Below are positions 27,766 to 38,417 of a DNA stretch of 64,000 bases, in pieces. The position numbers and the translations under genes are program-made. Source of the stretch: Aquamicrobium sp. (GTDB lineage: Bacteria; Pseudomonadota; Alphaproteobacteria; Rhizobiales; Rhizobiaceae); contig JBLJBS010000012.1 of NCBI GenBank assembly GCA_047637695.1, forward strand, positions 5,566 to 69,565, in the 5' to 3' direction. Position 1 is the stretch's first letter; every line of letters begins with the position of its first letter. The notes beneath the pieces were generated by a model. That model was not told the origin of the DNA. It saw only the letters and a list, made by a program, of their open reading frames with translations, and did not search any database.

Positions 27766-28854
27766 GTGAACGATCTCGACATCAAGATTACCCTGACCAA
27801 TGAGCCGAAGAAGATTCCCGACGATGTCGGAGGTAGTTTTGGCGACTATTTCACCGACCACATGTTTATTATGGACTATGAGGAAGGTCGCGGCTGGCAC
27901 GACCATCGCATCGTGCCGTTCGGTGAAATATCCATTCATCCCTCGGCTGGGGCCATCCAGTACGGGCAATCCCTGTTTGATGGCTACAAGGCATATCGCA
28001 GCGACGATGACTCGATCCGCCTCTTCCGGCCGCATGCACATCTAAAGCGCATAAACAATTCTGCTGCCCGGTTATGCATGCCCGCTATCGACGAGGCAGA
28101 CGTATTGGAAGCAATGATACGGCTCGTCGACATCGACCGGAACTGGGTGCCAAGGCAGAAGGGAACCGCGCTCTATGTGCGGGAAACGATGATCGGCACG
28201 GAAGGCTTCATGGCGGTCAGGCCGTCGCGACGCTATAAATTCATGATCTTCCTGTCCCCGGTGGGGGCGTATTATTCGGAAGGTGCCGAGCCCGTCCGCA
28301 TCTATGCTTCGGAAGCGCATGTGCGTGCCGCGCGTGGCGGGATCGGATCGGCCAAGGCGGCAGCCAACTATGTTGCCAGCCTTTTCGCGAGCGAAAAGGC
28401 GAAAAAGGAAGGCCACACCCAGGTTCTGTGGCTGGACAGCATCGAACGACGCTTTCTCGAAGAAGTCGGCACCATGAATGTGATGCTGCGACAGGGCGAC
28501 GACATCATCACGCCGCCACTGAGTGATTCCATTCTTCCGGGCGTCACGCGCGATACCGCGCTTACACTGCTCAGAGAATGGGGCGAACCTGTTCACGAGC
28601 GAAACATCGCCATCGAGGATGTCCTTGCTGGAGTGCGGGATGGCTCCATCCCGGAAATATGGGGGCTCGGTACGGCTGCGGTCGTTTCTCCTATCGGCAA
28701 TCTGACTTATCGCGACGAAACCGTAACCATTGGCGACGGCAAGGCCGGAGCTATGACCAAACGCCTCTATCAGGCGATCACCGCGCTTCATACCGGCGCG
28801 GGTGCAGATCCGCATGGCTGGGGCGTTGCGGTGACAGGGCCTAGCGGACGCTGA
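27766..28854 (+). CDS. ilvE: Branched-chain amino acid aminotransferase
   Basis: FTDHM, YGQSLFDGYKAY, LFRP, AKAAANY (PLP Lys), EEVGTMN, ILPGVTR, GTAAVV. Confidence 0.93.
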   Translation: MNDLDIKITLTNEPKKIPDDVGGSFGDYFTDHMFIMDYEEGRGWHDHRIVPFGEISIHPSAGAIQYGQSLFDGYKAYRSDDDSIRLFRPHAHLKRINNSAARLCMPAIDEADVLEAMIRLVDIDRNWVPRQKGTALYVRETMIGTEGFMAVRPSRRYKFMIFLSPVGAYYSEGAEPVRIYASEAHVRAARGGIGSAKAAANYVASLFASEKAKKEGHTQVLWLDSIERRFLEEVGTMNVMLRQGDDIITPPLSDSILPGVTRDTALTLLREWGEPVHERNIAIEDVLAGVRDGSIPEIWGLGTAAVVSPIGNLTYRDETVTIGDGKAGAMTKRLYQAITALHTGAGADPHGWGVAVTGPSGR

Positions 28855-28930
28855 ATCCTGCCAAGTCTGCCTGCGGCATCGGATATCGAAATACTCCGGA
28901 GAGCGATCCGGGATCTCAAAGGGCTGTCAG

Positions 28931-29767
28931 GTGCAGAAACTAAATCTGGTGGGAGCAGGAAAGGTCGGCCAGACGCTCTTCAGGCTGCTCGCAGCCTGCG
29001 ACCGCTATGAGATTCAGGACATCTGCGCCACGAGCATGCAAACGGCATCGAGCGCGGCAGCGTTCATCGGCCGAGGCCGCGCGGTTGCGTCCATCGGCGC
29101 TATGCGTCCGGCGGATATCTGGTTCGTTACGGTGCCGGACAGACTTATAGGCGCCGTTGCCGGAGAAATTGCAGCCATCGCCCAAGATCGGCCCGCCTCT
29201 TCCGGATGCACCGCGGTCCATTGCAGTGGCTCATTGCCCTCGTCTGTCATGGCACCTCTGGCTGCGCTCGGATGGTCCCTGGCCAGCCTTCATCCCGTTC
29301 TGAGTTTTGCCGACCCCGAAGAATCGTGTCGGCAGTTTCCCGGTACGTGGTGCGGGTTGGAAGGTGATCCCGTCGCCAAGGATTCACTGGTGCCGCTGGT
29401 CGAAACGATAGGCGGCCGGGCCTTTGGCATCGAGACCGAAGACAAGATGCTTTACCACGCCGCCGCAGTGTTCTCGAACAATTTTGCCGTGGTTTTACAG
29501 GCGATAGCGCAGGCCGCCTGGGCGAAAGCCGGCCTTCCGGACCACGCGATCCGGGAGATCAACCGAACTCTGCTTTTGTCGACGCTGGAAAACGTTGCAG
29601 CGGCGGGGCTAGGCACGGCAATAACCGGCCCGGCCGCGCGCGGTGACGTCGATATCGTCGAAAGGCAGGGCCAGTACGTCGAGAAATGGTTTCCCGAGGC
29701 CGGACGGATCTACAGGCAGATGAGCATCCTGGCGCGCAGACTGAAAGAGCAGGGTTACCTGCCATGA
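28931..29767 (+). CDS. Rossmann-fold + DUF2520 oxidoreductase (PanG-like)
   Basis: VGAGKVG, VPD..I, HCSGS, SLHP..SF, YHAAAV..NN, TGPAARGD. Confidence 0.88.
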   Translation: MQKLNLVGAGKVGQTLFRLLAACDRYEIQDICATSMQTASSAAAFIGRGRAVASIGAMRPADIWFVTVPDRLIGAVAGEIAAIAQDRPASSGCTAVHCSGSLPSSVMAPLAALGWSLASLHPVLSFADPEESCRQFPGTWCGLEGDPVAKDSLVPLVETIGGRAFGIETEDKMLYHAAAVFSNNFAVVLQAIAQAAWAKAGLPDHAIREINRTLLLSTLENVAAAGLGTAITGPAARGDVDIVERQGQYVEKWFPEAGRIYRQMSILARRLKEQGYLP

Positions 29768-29897
29768 AAGATTTCAGACAGGACCGGCCGGCGGCAAGGA
29801 CAATGGATTCACTGCGAAGGGCTTTGTTCCCTAAGCGGGGAAGAATGGGAATGGTGGAGCACGCAACCCTGCGTGCGATCGAACAGGAGGACAACCC

Positions 29898-31082
29898 ATG
29901 AAGAAGACGCTTCTCGCACTCTCGATTGCAACGCTCGTATCAGGAACGGCGGCGGCGCAAGAAATCAAGGTGGGCATCATTTTCGGCTTCACCGGACCGA
30001 TTGAATCGATGACGCCTGGAATGGCCGACAGTTCCGAACTGGCATTTAAGGAAGTGAACGAGAGCGGTCTTTTCCTCGATGGTCAGACACTCGCTTCCGT
30101 GCGCGCCGACACCACCTGCGTCGATGCTTCGATTGCCCAGGCCGCTGCGGAGCGGCTGATTACAATCGAGAACGTCGCGGCCATCGTCGGTTCGGACTGT
30201 TCCAGCGCCTCGATCGCGATCGCCAACAACATCGCCGTTCCGAATGGCGTCGTCATGGTGTCGCCCGCCTCTACCTCGCCGGCGCTTACCACCATCAATG
30301 ACAATGGCTATTTCTTCCGCACGGTGCCGTCCGATGCCCGTCAGGGTGAGGTTTTGGCGCAGATCCTCAAGGATCGGGGCGTAAAGGAAGTGGCGGTGAG
30401 CTACGCCAATGACGATTATGGCCGCGGCCTCAGCGATTCCTTCGCCTCCGTGTTCGTGGCCAATGGTGGCAAGGTCACCGTCGCTGCGCCGCATGACGAC
30501 GGCAAGGGCGATTATTCAGCCGAGGTCGGAACGCTCGCTGCCGCTGGTGGTGAAATGCTTGCTGTCTTCGGTCGCGCGGATCAGGGTGGCTCCGGCATCA
30601 TTCAGGGCGCGCTGGAAACTGGTGCTTTCGAAACGTTCCTTTTGGGTGACGGCATGTATTCGCGCACCCTTCTTGATGCTTTCGGAGCTGATCTTGACGG
30701 TTCGATCGGTTCGGTTCCGTGGTCACAGGGCGAAGGCGCAGACTCGTTCGAGAGCACGGCCAAGGCTGCGAACCTCGATCCCGATGGTGCCTTTCGTCGC
30801 GAAAGCTACGATGCCGCGGCGCTGATCGCCCTTGCCATTCAGAAGGCTGGTTCGGCAGACCGGACTGCCATTCGTGATGCGATCCTCGACGTCGCCAATG
30901 GTCCCGGCGAGAAAATCCTTGCGGGCGAACTGGCAAAGGGCCTCAAAATACTGAAGGAAGGCGGCGAGATCGACTATGTCGGGGCAACCAATGTCGAACT
31001 GGTCGGCGCCGGCGAGGCCTCAGGAACCTATCGCGAATATATTATCGAGAACGCTGACTACACGACGGTCCGTTTTCACTAG
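29898..31082 (+). CDS. HAAT-family (LivJ-like) ABC substrate-binding protein
   Basis: Signal peptide, GFTGP, SPASTSPALT, FFRTVPSD. Confidence 0.9.
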   Translation: MKKTLLALSIATLVSGTAAAQEIKVGIIFGFTGPIESMTPGMADSSELAFKEVNESGLFLDGQTLASVRADTTCVDASIAQAAAERLITIENVAAIVGSDCSSASIAIANNIAVPNGVVMVSPASTSPALTTINDNGYFFRTVPSDARQGEVLAQILKDRGVKEVAVSYANDDYGRGLSDSFASVFVANGGKVTVAAPHDDGKGDYSAEVGTLAAAGGEMLAVFGRADQGGSGIIQGALETGAFETFLLGDGMYSRTLLDAFGADLDGSIGSVPWSQGEGADSFESTAKAANLDPDGAFRRESYDAAALIALAIQKAGSADRTAIRDAILDVANGPGEKILAGELAKGLKILKEGGEIDYVGATNVELVGAGEASGTYREYIIENADYTTVRFH

Positions 31083-31102
31083 CGGCCACGTATAAATCTC
31101 AC

Positions 31103-31134
31103 ACTGCCCGGTCCCCCAGGGGCCGGGCAGTTTT
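31103..31134 (+). terminator. Stem-loop after SBP gene (terminator or mRNA stabiliser)
   Basis: ACTGCCCGGTCCC-CCA-GGGGCCGGGCAGT-TTT. Confidence 0.6.
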
Positions 31135-31283
31135 CCATGCCAGAATGAAAGTTGCCAAGCGAAGGTGCGCATGTCCGCAGCGATTGCCCGAGGCAGGAAA
31201 CCTGCCGTATCGATGTCGGCGTCGACAGGGGAGAGGCACGCGCCATCCCGGCTGACAGGCCAGGGAGAGACGGGAGCCGCGTC

Positions 31284-32081
31284 ATGATCCGTGTCGATAA
31301 CCTGCACATGCACTTCGGTGGCCTCAAGGCCGTCGATGGGGCGAGCATCGAAATCGCGAAGGGCACGATAACCGGCCTGATCGGCCCCAACGGGGCCGGC
31401 AAATCCACCCTGTTCAATGTTATCGCCGGTCATCACAAGCCGACCTCCGGCAAGGTGTGGCTTGGCGAAAACGACATAACCGGTCTTTCGCCGCACAAGC
31501 TTTTTCATATGGGGTTGCTGCGGACCTTCCAGATCGCACACGAATTTTCCACGCTGACAGTGCGCGAGAACCTGATGATGGTTCCTCCCTCTCAGCCCGG
31601 CGAACAACTGATCGACGTATGGTTGCGGCCTTCGGCGGTGCGTGCACGGGAAGAGGAGATACGCGCCCGCGCAGACGACGTCATAGACTTCCTGCAGATC
31701 GCGCATGTGGCCGATGAACGGGCTGGCAATCTTTCTGGCGGGCAGAAGAAGCTTCTCGAACTCGGCCGTACCATGATGGTCGATGCCGAAGTCGTTTTCC
31801 TCGACGAAGTGGGCGCAGGCGTCAATCGCACGCTTCTGAATACCCTGGGCGACGCGATCCTGCGGCTTAACCGCGAGCGAGGCTACACCTTCTGCATGAT
31901 CGAACACGACATGGATTTTATCGGCAGGCTGTGTGATCCGGTCATCGTCATGGCCGAAGGCAAGGTTCTCACCGTCGGCTCCGTCGATGAAGTTAAAGCC
32001 AACGAGCAGGTCATCGAAGCCTATCTCGGGCGCGGCCTGAAAAACCGTCGTGCCGGCAGGACAGCGGGAGGTCGCGCATGA
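31284..32081 (+). CDS. ABC ATP-binding protein LivG-like
   Basis: GPNGAGKST, RTFQ, LSGGQKKL, IEHDM. Confidence 0.93.
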   Translation: MIRVDNLHMHFGGLKAVDGASIEIAKGTITGLIGPNGAGKSTLFNVIAGHHKPTSGKVWLGENDITGLSPHKLFHMGLLRTFQIAHEFSTLTVRENLMMVPPSQPGEQLIDVWLRPSAVRAREEEIRARADDVIDFLQIAHVADERAGNLSGGQKKLLELGRTMMVDAEVVFLDEVGAGVNRTLLNTLGDAILRLNRERGYTFCMIEHDMDFIGRLCDPVIVMAEGKVLTVGSVDEVKANEQVIEAYLGRGLKNRRAGRTAGGRA

Positions 32082-32782
32082 GCCTTCTCGTTGGCGAGGC
32101 CATGTTTGGTGGCTATGGCGGCCCCGACATACTGCAAGGGTGCACCATCGCCGTGGACAGGGGCGAGATTGCAGTCATCGTCGGACCGAATGGGGCCGGA
32201 AAATCCACCGCCATGAAGGCGATACTCGGCATGCTTTCCTTGCGAAAGGGGCGCGTCATTCTGGATGGCAATGACATTACGGCCCTTTCGCCTCAGGCGC
32301 GGATAAGGGCGGGCATGGGCTTTGTGCCGCAAACCTCCAATGTCTTCGTGACCATGACGGTCCAGGAAAACCTGGAAATGGGCGGGTATATACGCACCGA
32401 CGATTTCATCGACACGATGGAACAGGTCTACGATCTTTTTCCCGTTCTCAAGGAAAAGCGCCGCCAGGCTGCGGGAGAATTGTCAGGCGGGCAGCGCCAG
32501 CAGGTTGCGGTGGGCCGAGCCCTGATGACGAGACCGGCAGTGTTGCTTCTGGACGAGCCGACAGCAGGAGTTTCGCCCATCGTCATGGATGAACTGTTCG
32601 ATCGTATCATCGAGATCGCCGATACCGGGATAGCGATCCTGATGGTCGAGCAGAATGCGCGGCAGGCACTGGCCATTGCCGATCGCGGCTATGTGCTGGT
32701 TCAGGGCGGCAACCGCTTCACCGATACCGGAGAGCGCCTTCTGGCCGACCGCGAGGTCCGCGCAACATTCCTGGGTGGTTGA
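32078..32782 (+). CDS. ABC ATP-binding protein LivF-like
   Basis: GPNGAGKST, LSGGQRQQ, LLDEP, VEQNA. Confidence 0.93.
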   Translation: MSLLVGEAMFGGYGGPDILQGCTIAVDRGEIAVIVGPNGAGKSTAMKAILGMLSLRKGRVILDGNDITALSPQARIRAGMGFVPQTSNVFVTMTVQENLEMGGYIRTDDFIDTMEQVYDLFPVLKEKRRQAAGELSGGQRQQVAVGRALMTRPAVLLLDEPTAGVSPIVMDELFDRIIEIADTGIAILMVEQNARQALAIADRGYVLVQGGNRFTDTGERLLADREVRATFLGG

Positions 32783-32786
32783 GACG

Positions 32787-33791
32787 ATGGAAAACTATCT
32801 CAACGCGATCGTCGTTTTCGCCAATTTCGTGCTCATTCCCGGCATTGCCTATGGCTCGCAACTCGCTCTAGGAGCTCTGGGCGTTACGCTGATATTCGGC
32901 ATATTGCGGTTTTCAAATTTTGCGCATGGCGATCTGATGGCGTTCGGAACAACGCTCACCATTCTCGCGACGTGGTGGCTGATGAGCATCGGCGTGACGT
33001 TCGGTCCGCTGCCTACCGCTCTTCTGGCTCTGCCCATCGGCATTCTGGGCGCGGTCGCCATGTCGCTTCTCGTCGACCGGCTTGTGTTCCGCTTTTACCG
33101 CAAGCAGAAATCTGCAGGAATCGTGCTGGTCATGGCCTCGGTAGGGGTCATGTTCGTCCTGAACGGCATCGTTCGCATGCTCATAGGCCCCAACGAGCAA
33201 CGTTTCGCAGATGGCGAGCGTTTCATCGTCACGGTGCGTGGTTTTCGTGAGTTCACTGGCCTTGCTGAAGGCCTCGTCATCCGTGTCCCTGTCGTCATAT
33301 CGTTGGTCGTAGCAGGCATTGCCGTTGTCGCGCTGTTCTGGTTCCTGCAGCATTCACGCACCGGAAAGGCAATGCGCGCCTATTCGGACAATGAGGATCT
33401 GGCGCTGCTGTCCGGGGTAAGCCCCGAGCGCGTGGTTGCGGTGACATGGATAATCGCCGCATCGCTGGCCACGATAGCCGGGGTTCTCTATGGTCTCGAC
33501 AAGAGCTTCCGCCCCTTCACCTATTTCCAACTCCTGCTGCCGATCTTTGCATCCGCCATCGTTGGCGGCATCGGGCATCCGGTCGGGGCGGTCGCGGGTG
33601 GTTTCATCGTCGCCTTTTCAGAAGTGACCGTGACCTATGCCTACAAGCGCGTGCTGGAATATATCGGCTTTGAGCCGGCCGGTCTCGCTCAGCTCCTTTC
33701 GACGGAATATAAGTTCGCCATTTCGTTCATCATTCTCGTGCTCGTGCTGCTTGTAAAGCCGACAGGGCTGTTCAGGGGGCGCGTGCTATGA
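32787..33791 (+). CDS. ABC permease LivH-like
   Basis: ALGVTLIFGIL..NFAHG, GKAMRA..N..LA.LSG. Confidence 0.92.
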   Translation: MENYLNAIVVFANFVLIPGIAYGSQLALGALGVTLIFGILRFSNFAHGDLMAFGTTLTILATWWLMSIGVTFGPLPTALLALPIGILGAVAMSLLVDRLVFRFYRKQKSAGIVLVMASVGVMFVLNGIVRMLIGPNEQRFADGERFIVTVRGFREFTGLAEGLVIRVPVVISLVVAGIAVVALFWFLQHSRTGKAMRAYSDNEDLALLSGVSPERVVAVTWIIAASLATIAGVLYGLDKSFRPFTYFQLLLPIFASAIVGGIGHPVGAVAGGFIVAFSEVTVTYAYKRVLEYIGFEPAGLAQLLSTEYKFAISFIILVLVLLVKPTGLFRGRVL

Positions 33792-35101
33792 GCAACGTCC
33801 GGCGCATTGTCGTGCTCTATTCTGCGATGGCGGTCCTGCTGCTGCTTGTAGGCATCTTCCAGAGCTGGACCTTCAGCCTGACAATCCTCAATCTGTGCCT
33901 GATCTCCGCGATTATGTCGCTGGGTGTGAACATGCAATGGGGATATGCCGGATTGTTCAATGTCGGCATCGTCGGGTTCGCAGCTCTTGGCGGCCTTGCG
34001 GCAGTGCTCGTGTCGATGCCTCCGGTCGCTGGCGCATGGGAAGCAGGCGGCATTGGCATCGGGTTGACGCTTCTGGCCGTCATTGCAACGGCACTTCTTA
34101 TCCTTTTCGTGCGCGCCCGTATCGGTGGACTGGCCGGAACCCTCGCTTCCTTTGCAATAGCGGCGGGTGGTTTCGTGGCGATCCGCATGGTGTTTGATCC
34201 TGCCGTCGAAGCCATCGAGAATTTCGACGCCGTACGCTCGGGCTATCTGGGTGGGCTTGGCTTGCCGATCCTCTTTTCGTGGCTGGTCGGGGGTGTTTTT
34301 GCTGCGGCCGCAGCATGGCTTGTCGGCAAGATATCGCTCGGCCTGCGTTCCGACTACCTCGCCATTGCCACTCTCGGCATCTCGGAAATCATCATCGCAG
34401 TGATAAAGAACGAGGAGTGGCTGACTCGCGGCGTCAAGAATGTTTCGGGTCTGCCGCGTCCGGTGGCTTATGAGATCGACTTGCAGCAGGCGGACTGGTT
34501 CCTCGACTTTTCCGCGCGGCTCGGGCTCGATCCCATTTTCTTTTCAGCGGTCTATGTTCGCCTGTCCTATGCGATCCTTTTCACAATCGTGCTGGCAATC
34601 CTGATGTGGTTGGCTGAGCGTGCGCTGCGCGCGCCATGGGGACGGATGATGCGGGCGATCCGCGACAGCCGCGATGCTGCCGAAGCCATGGGCAAGGATG
34701 TCACCCGCCGCCATTTGCAGGTTTTCGTATTGGGCTCTGCTCTCGTCGGCGTTGCCGGAGCGATGCTGACGACACTTGATGGACAGTTTGCGCCCGGCCA
34801 GTACAATCCCTTGCGTTTCACATTCCTGATCTGGGTGATGGTGATCGTTGGCGGCTCAGGCAACAACTGGGGTGCTGTGCTCGGCAGCTTTCTGGTGTGG
34901 TTCATCTGGGTTGAGGCTGAGCCCGTCGGCGTCTGGCTGACCGCTGCCGTTACCGCCGGGATGGCGGCGGACAATCCGATAAAGCTGCACCTGACCGATG
35001 CGGCAGCCTATCTGCGGCCGCTGTTGATGGGCGTGATGCTTCTGCTCATCATGCGTTTTGCGCCGAACGGCCTAATCCCGGAAGCCAGCAAGCGACGATG
35101 A
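33788..35101 (+). CDS. ABC permease LivM-like
   Basis: WGYAGLFNVG, LRSDYLAIATLG, PWGRMMRAIRD, GGSGNN.G. Confidence 0.92.
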   Translation: MSNVRRIVVLYSAMAVLLLLVGIFQSWTFSLTILNLCLISAIMSLGVNMQWGYAGLFNVGIVGFAALGGLAAVLVSMPPVAGAWEAGGIGIGLTLLAVIATALLILFVRARIGGLAGTLASFAIAAGGFVAIRMVFDPAVEAIENFDAVRSGYLGGLGLPILFSWLVGGVFAAAAAWLVGKISLGLRSDYLAIATLGISEIIIAVIKNEEWLTRGVKNVSGLPRPVAYEIDLQQADWFLDFSARLGLDPIFFSAVYVRLSYAILFTIVLAILMWLAERALRAPWGRMMRAIRDSRDAAEAMGKDVTRRHLQVFVLGSALVGVAGAMLTTLDGQFAPGQYNPLRFTFLIWVMVIVGGSGNNWGAVLGSFLVWFIWVEAEPVGVWLTAAVTAGMAADNPIKLHLTDAAAYLRPLLMGVMLLLIMRFAPNGLIPEASKRR

Positions 35102-35139
35102 TTTCAAGCGACGTTCATTGAACTGAAATTTGGCTTGAT

Positions 35140-35420
35140 CGACATGGGCCCAATCTCAAATGTGATGGTTTGGGAAGTGGCAAGCAGCTTCGACCATGCC
35201 TCGCAGGCGGCGTCGATGATGGCGTCATAACTGTCGAAGGTGCGGGTCGAGAGCCAGTTCTGGCGCAGCTGTTGCCAGACCTTCTCGACAGCATTCGACT
35301 CCGGCGCCCGCGACTGCCGGAAGATCGGCGCGATGTTCTTCGGCATGCTGAGCCTGGCAATGATGTGCCTGCCGATACCGATCCATGACGAGCACGGTAT
35401 GCGCGCCCGTTTGTCAAGGA
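35140..35420 (-). mobile_element. IS630-family transposase remnant (frameshifted C-terminal fragment)
   Basis: Minus strand AHTVLVMDR / MPKNI...SRAPESNAVEKVWQQLRQNWLSTRTFDSYDAIIDAACEAW, a degenerate D...PELNPVE DDE region. Confidence 0.8.
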
Positions 35421-35467
35421 TTGGAGAGCGCGGACCAAAGCCCTACTCCCATACCTCCGACCCGATG

Positions 35468-36247
35468 CTACGTTCTACCCGCCGACAGCTCGCTTTCGAT
35501 TTCCAGATATAGCCCCTGCCCTTCGGTATGGACGACCTGAGCGACCACGCCATAAACGGCTTCTAGCAGTTCCGGCGTCAGCACCTCGAGTGGAGGACCC
35601 GATGCAGCCATCCGGCCTTTGTGCAGCACGACAATTCTGTCGGCATACTTTGCGGCGAGAGGGAGATCATGGAGGGCGGTCAGCACCACCTTTCCCTGCT
35701 GCGCCATCCGTCTGGCTACGTTCATCACCCTGATCTGGTGCCCGAGATCGAGGGCGCTGGTCGGCTCGTCGAGAAGCAGGACATCCGGCGAGAAGATCAA
35801 AGCCTGCGCAAAGCTCGCCATCTGGCGCTGGCCGCCGGAAAGACGTTCCAGCGGGACGAGCGCGAGATGTTCAATGCCGAGTTCGGCGAGAAGCGCAAGA
35901 GCGCGCCCCGCGGCATCGCCCGCCTGCCGCCTGCCCTCGACCATGGCGGCAACATTGATCGTCGCTTCTAGAACCGTCAGATCGGATCGGGTCGGCGTCA
36001 TCTGCGGCATGAAGCCGATCAACTCCGCGCGCGTCCGTCTCGGCATGGTTTCCAACGCCGTGCCACGAAGGCGAATGGACCCGTTATAGGCGACGATTCC
36101 GGCAACCGCCTTCAGCAGGGTGGACTTGCCGGCGGCATTGGGGCCGACGATCGCGGTCATCTGGCCAGCCTCAAAAGCGGGAATGGAAATCCCGTTCAAT
36201 ATCTGCCGCGATCCATAAGCGGCCGTCAGCCCATCGACGACAAGCAT
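35468..36247 (-). CDS. Iron-siderophore ABC ATP-binding protein (FecE-like)
   Basis: GPNAAGKST, LSGGQRQ, LDEPTSALD, LHDL..A. Confidence 0.93.
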   Translation of the reverse strand: MLVVDGLTAAYGSRQILNGISIPAFEAGQMTAIVGPNAAGKSTLLKAVAGIVAYNGSIRLRGTALETMPRRTRAELIGFMPQMTPTRSDLTVLEATINVAAMVEGRRQAGDAAGRALALLAELGIEHLALVPLERLSGGQRQMASFAQALIFSPDVLLLDEPTSALDLGHQIRVMNVARRMAQQGKVVLTALHDLPLAAKYADRIVVLHKGRMAASGPPLEVLTPELLEAVYGVVAQVVHTEGQGLYLEIESELSAGRT

Positions 36248-36249
36248 GG

Positions 36250-37311
36250 TCAGCCACGCCCCCTGTTGCGCAGGATCAGCACCATGAACAGCGGCACCCC
36301 GACCAGCGCCGTCACCAGACCGATGGGAAGCACGACGCCGCTCAACAACATCCGCGACAGGATGGAGGCCATCGACATGACGGCCGCGCCGCAAAGCGCC
36401 GCTGCAGGCAACATATAACGATGTTCGCCGCCGACGAGCAGACGGGCCATATGCGGTCCGACCAGACCGATGAAGCCGACCACCCCGACGATGGCGACCG
36501 AGATGCCGGTCAGCAGGCTGACGCGGACAAGCGCGCCGAGGCTGTAGCGATCCATGTCGACGCCGAGGCTGATCGCCCGTTCGCTGCCGAGCCGCAGCGC
36601 ATTCATCGACGGCACAGCCTGCCATGACCACAAGCCGACAAGGACGACTGTCAGAGCCAGCAGCGCGATGCGAGTCCAGTCGGCTCGATCGAGGCTGCCC
36701 ATGGTCCAGAACACGAGCTTCTGCAACGCCTGCTCGCTGGCGAAAAACTGCATCAGCGCCACCAGCGCGTTGAAGGCAAAGAGAAGCGCGATGCCGAACA
36801 GCACTATGGAGGCGGTGTCATGGCTGTAGAGCCTCGAGAGAAGCCGCAGGAGAAAGGCGCTGAGCAGCGCCATCAGGAAGGCATTGGCGAAGATGAACCA
36901 TTCGGCGGAGATGAAGGGCAGGCTCGCACCAATGACGATGGCGAGCGCCGCGCCGAAGGTCGCCGCCGATGACAGGCCGAGCGTGAACGGGCTGGCCATC
37001 GGGTTGTCGAGAAGGGTCTGCATCTCGGCGCCGGCAAGCGACAGGGCAACGCCGACGAGGATCGCGAGAATCGCCGCCGGCAGGCGGATACCGAAAACGA
37101 TGGTGTGGACGCCCCGACCGACTTCCTGCCCGACTAACGCGCGCAGCACCTCCATCGGCGAGAGCATGGCAGGGCCTGTGGCCAAGTCGACGACGAAGCA
37201 GACGGCCACAGTGACGGCGAGCGTAAAGAGCACGATCCGCCGCCGCGCGAGGATAGCGCGGTATTGCCCCAGCGTTCCCGCACCGGCGGAAACGGAACTT
37301 TCAGCCGTCAT
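36250..37311 (-). CDS. FecCD-family iron ABC permease
   Basis: IRLP, NPMASPFTLG, WTMGSL, GFIGLVGPH. Confidence 0.93.
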   Translation of the reverse strand: MTAESSVSAGAGTLGQYRAILARRRIVLFTLAVTVAVCFVVDLATGPAMLSPMEVLRALVGQEVGRGVHTIVFGIRLPAAILAILVGVALSLAGAEMQTLLDNPMASPFTLGLSSAATFGAALAIVIGASLPFISAEWFIFANAFLMALLSAFLLRLLSRLYSHDTASIVLFGIALLFAFNALVALMQFFASEQALQKLVFWTMGSLDRADWTRIALLALTVVLVGLWSWQAVPSMNALRLGSERAISLGVDMDRYSLGALVRVSLLTGISVAIVGVVGFIGLVGPHMARLLVGGEHRYMLPAAALCGAAVMSMASILSRMLLSGVVLPIGLVTALVGVPLFMVLILRNRGRG

Positions 37312-38417
37312 TCCAACCCGATCCAGTAAGTGCCGCTGAGCGGAACAGCCAGAAAGCGCTCGTTGAGTTCAGCGAGTGTCGCCTGCGGGTCAACATCGCC
37401 GAAGAGATCGGGATGGAACCACCTTGCCAGCGCCTCGATCATCAGGATGTGGCTGGGAGAATCGTTGAACAGATGCCAGACGCCATAGGCGCGCTTTTCG
37501 GACACGGCGGTCAGGTCGGCAAGGCCGGGCGATGCAACAAGGCTGGCGAGGCTGGCCGCAGCTGCCGAAGCGTCGATACCGGTGCCGAGAACAAGTCCCT
37601 TCCGCGCCGCCATATGCGCACCGCCAGTCGCGACGTAGAAATCGGGATCGGTGCTGATAAGGTATTCGAGGCTGACCTTGCCGGCTATGCCCGAGATGAC
37701 ATCCGCCCCGAGATTATGCCCTCCCGCCGCTTCGATGAAATCGTGAAACACCCCCTGCCCCGGCGAATTGCAGCAATCGGCGCCGGATGCATGAACCTGC
37801 ATGAATATGTCGGGCCTTTTGAGCTCAGGGGTGATGCGGCTGGCGATGCGGTCCATCTTGCGCGTGTAGAACTCGGCAAAGGCCGCAGCCTTTTCCTCCG
37901 CTCCCGTCAGTCTGCCGAGTATTTCGAGGCTTGGAAGCGAATTCTGCATCGGCTTGACGAAGAAATCGACGAAGACAACCTTGATGCCCGCATCCTCGAA
38001 ACGCGAGGTGAGATGATTGACGGCCGAGGCGTCTCCCATCGTGCTGACGATCGAGCCGAAAACCACGAGGTCGGGCTGGAGGCTGATCGCCTTCTCGATC
38101 GAAAAGCTCATGTCGCCTGCAGCCCCTACCGACGTTATGCCTTCAATAGCGGGAAACCGCTCCTTCCAGGTCTCATAGGTCGCAGGATCGAGGCGCAGAT
38201 CGTCCTTCCAACCGGCAATCAGGGAAACCGGATCGGGGTGGATGAGGCCGAGCGCCAGCAGATGCCGCCCCTGACCGAGCACGATGCGCGAGGCCGGCTT
38301 CTCCAGCGTCACCTGACGACCGAGAACATCGGTGACCGTAATCGGCTCGGCGCGCGCGCCGGCAAGGCCGAGCGTGATGGCGAAGATGACGATCAGCGTC
38401 TCAAGAATGCGTTTCAT
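37308..38417 (-). CDS. Iron-siderophore ABC substrate-binding protein
   Basis: Signal peptide, VTDVLGRQVTLEKPASRIV, SIEKAISLQPDLV. Confidence 0.9.
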   Translation of the reverse strand: MKRILETLIVIFAITLGLAGARAEPITVTDVLGRQVTLEKPASRIVLGQGRHLLALGLIHPDPVSLIAGWKDDLRLDPATYETWKERFPAIEGITSVGAAGDMSFSIEKAISLQPDLVVFGSIVSTMGDASAVNHLTSRFEDAGIKVVFVDFFVKPMQNSLPSLEILGRLTGAEEKAAAFAEFYTRKMDRIASRITPELKRPDIFMQVHASGADCCNSPGQGVFHDFIEAAGGHNLGADVISGIAGKVSLEYLISTDPDFYVATGGAHMAARKGLVLGTGIDASAAAASLASLVASPGLADLTAVSEKRAYGVWHLFNDSPSHILMIEALARWFHPDLFGDVDPQATLAELNERFLAVPLSGTYWIGLE

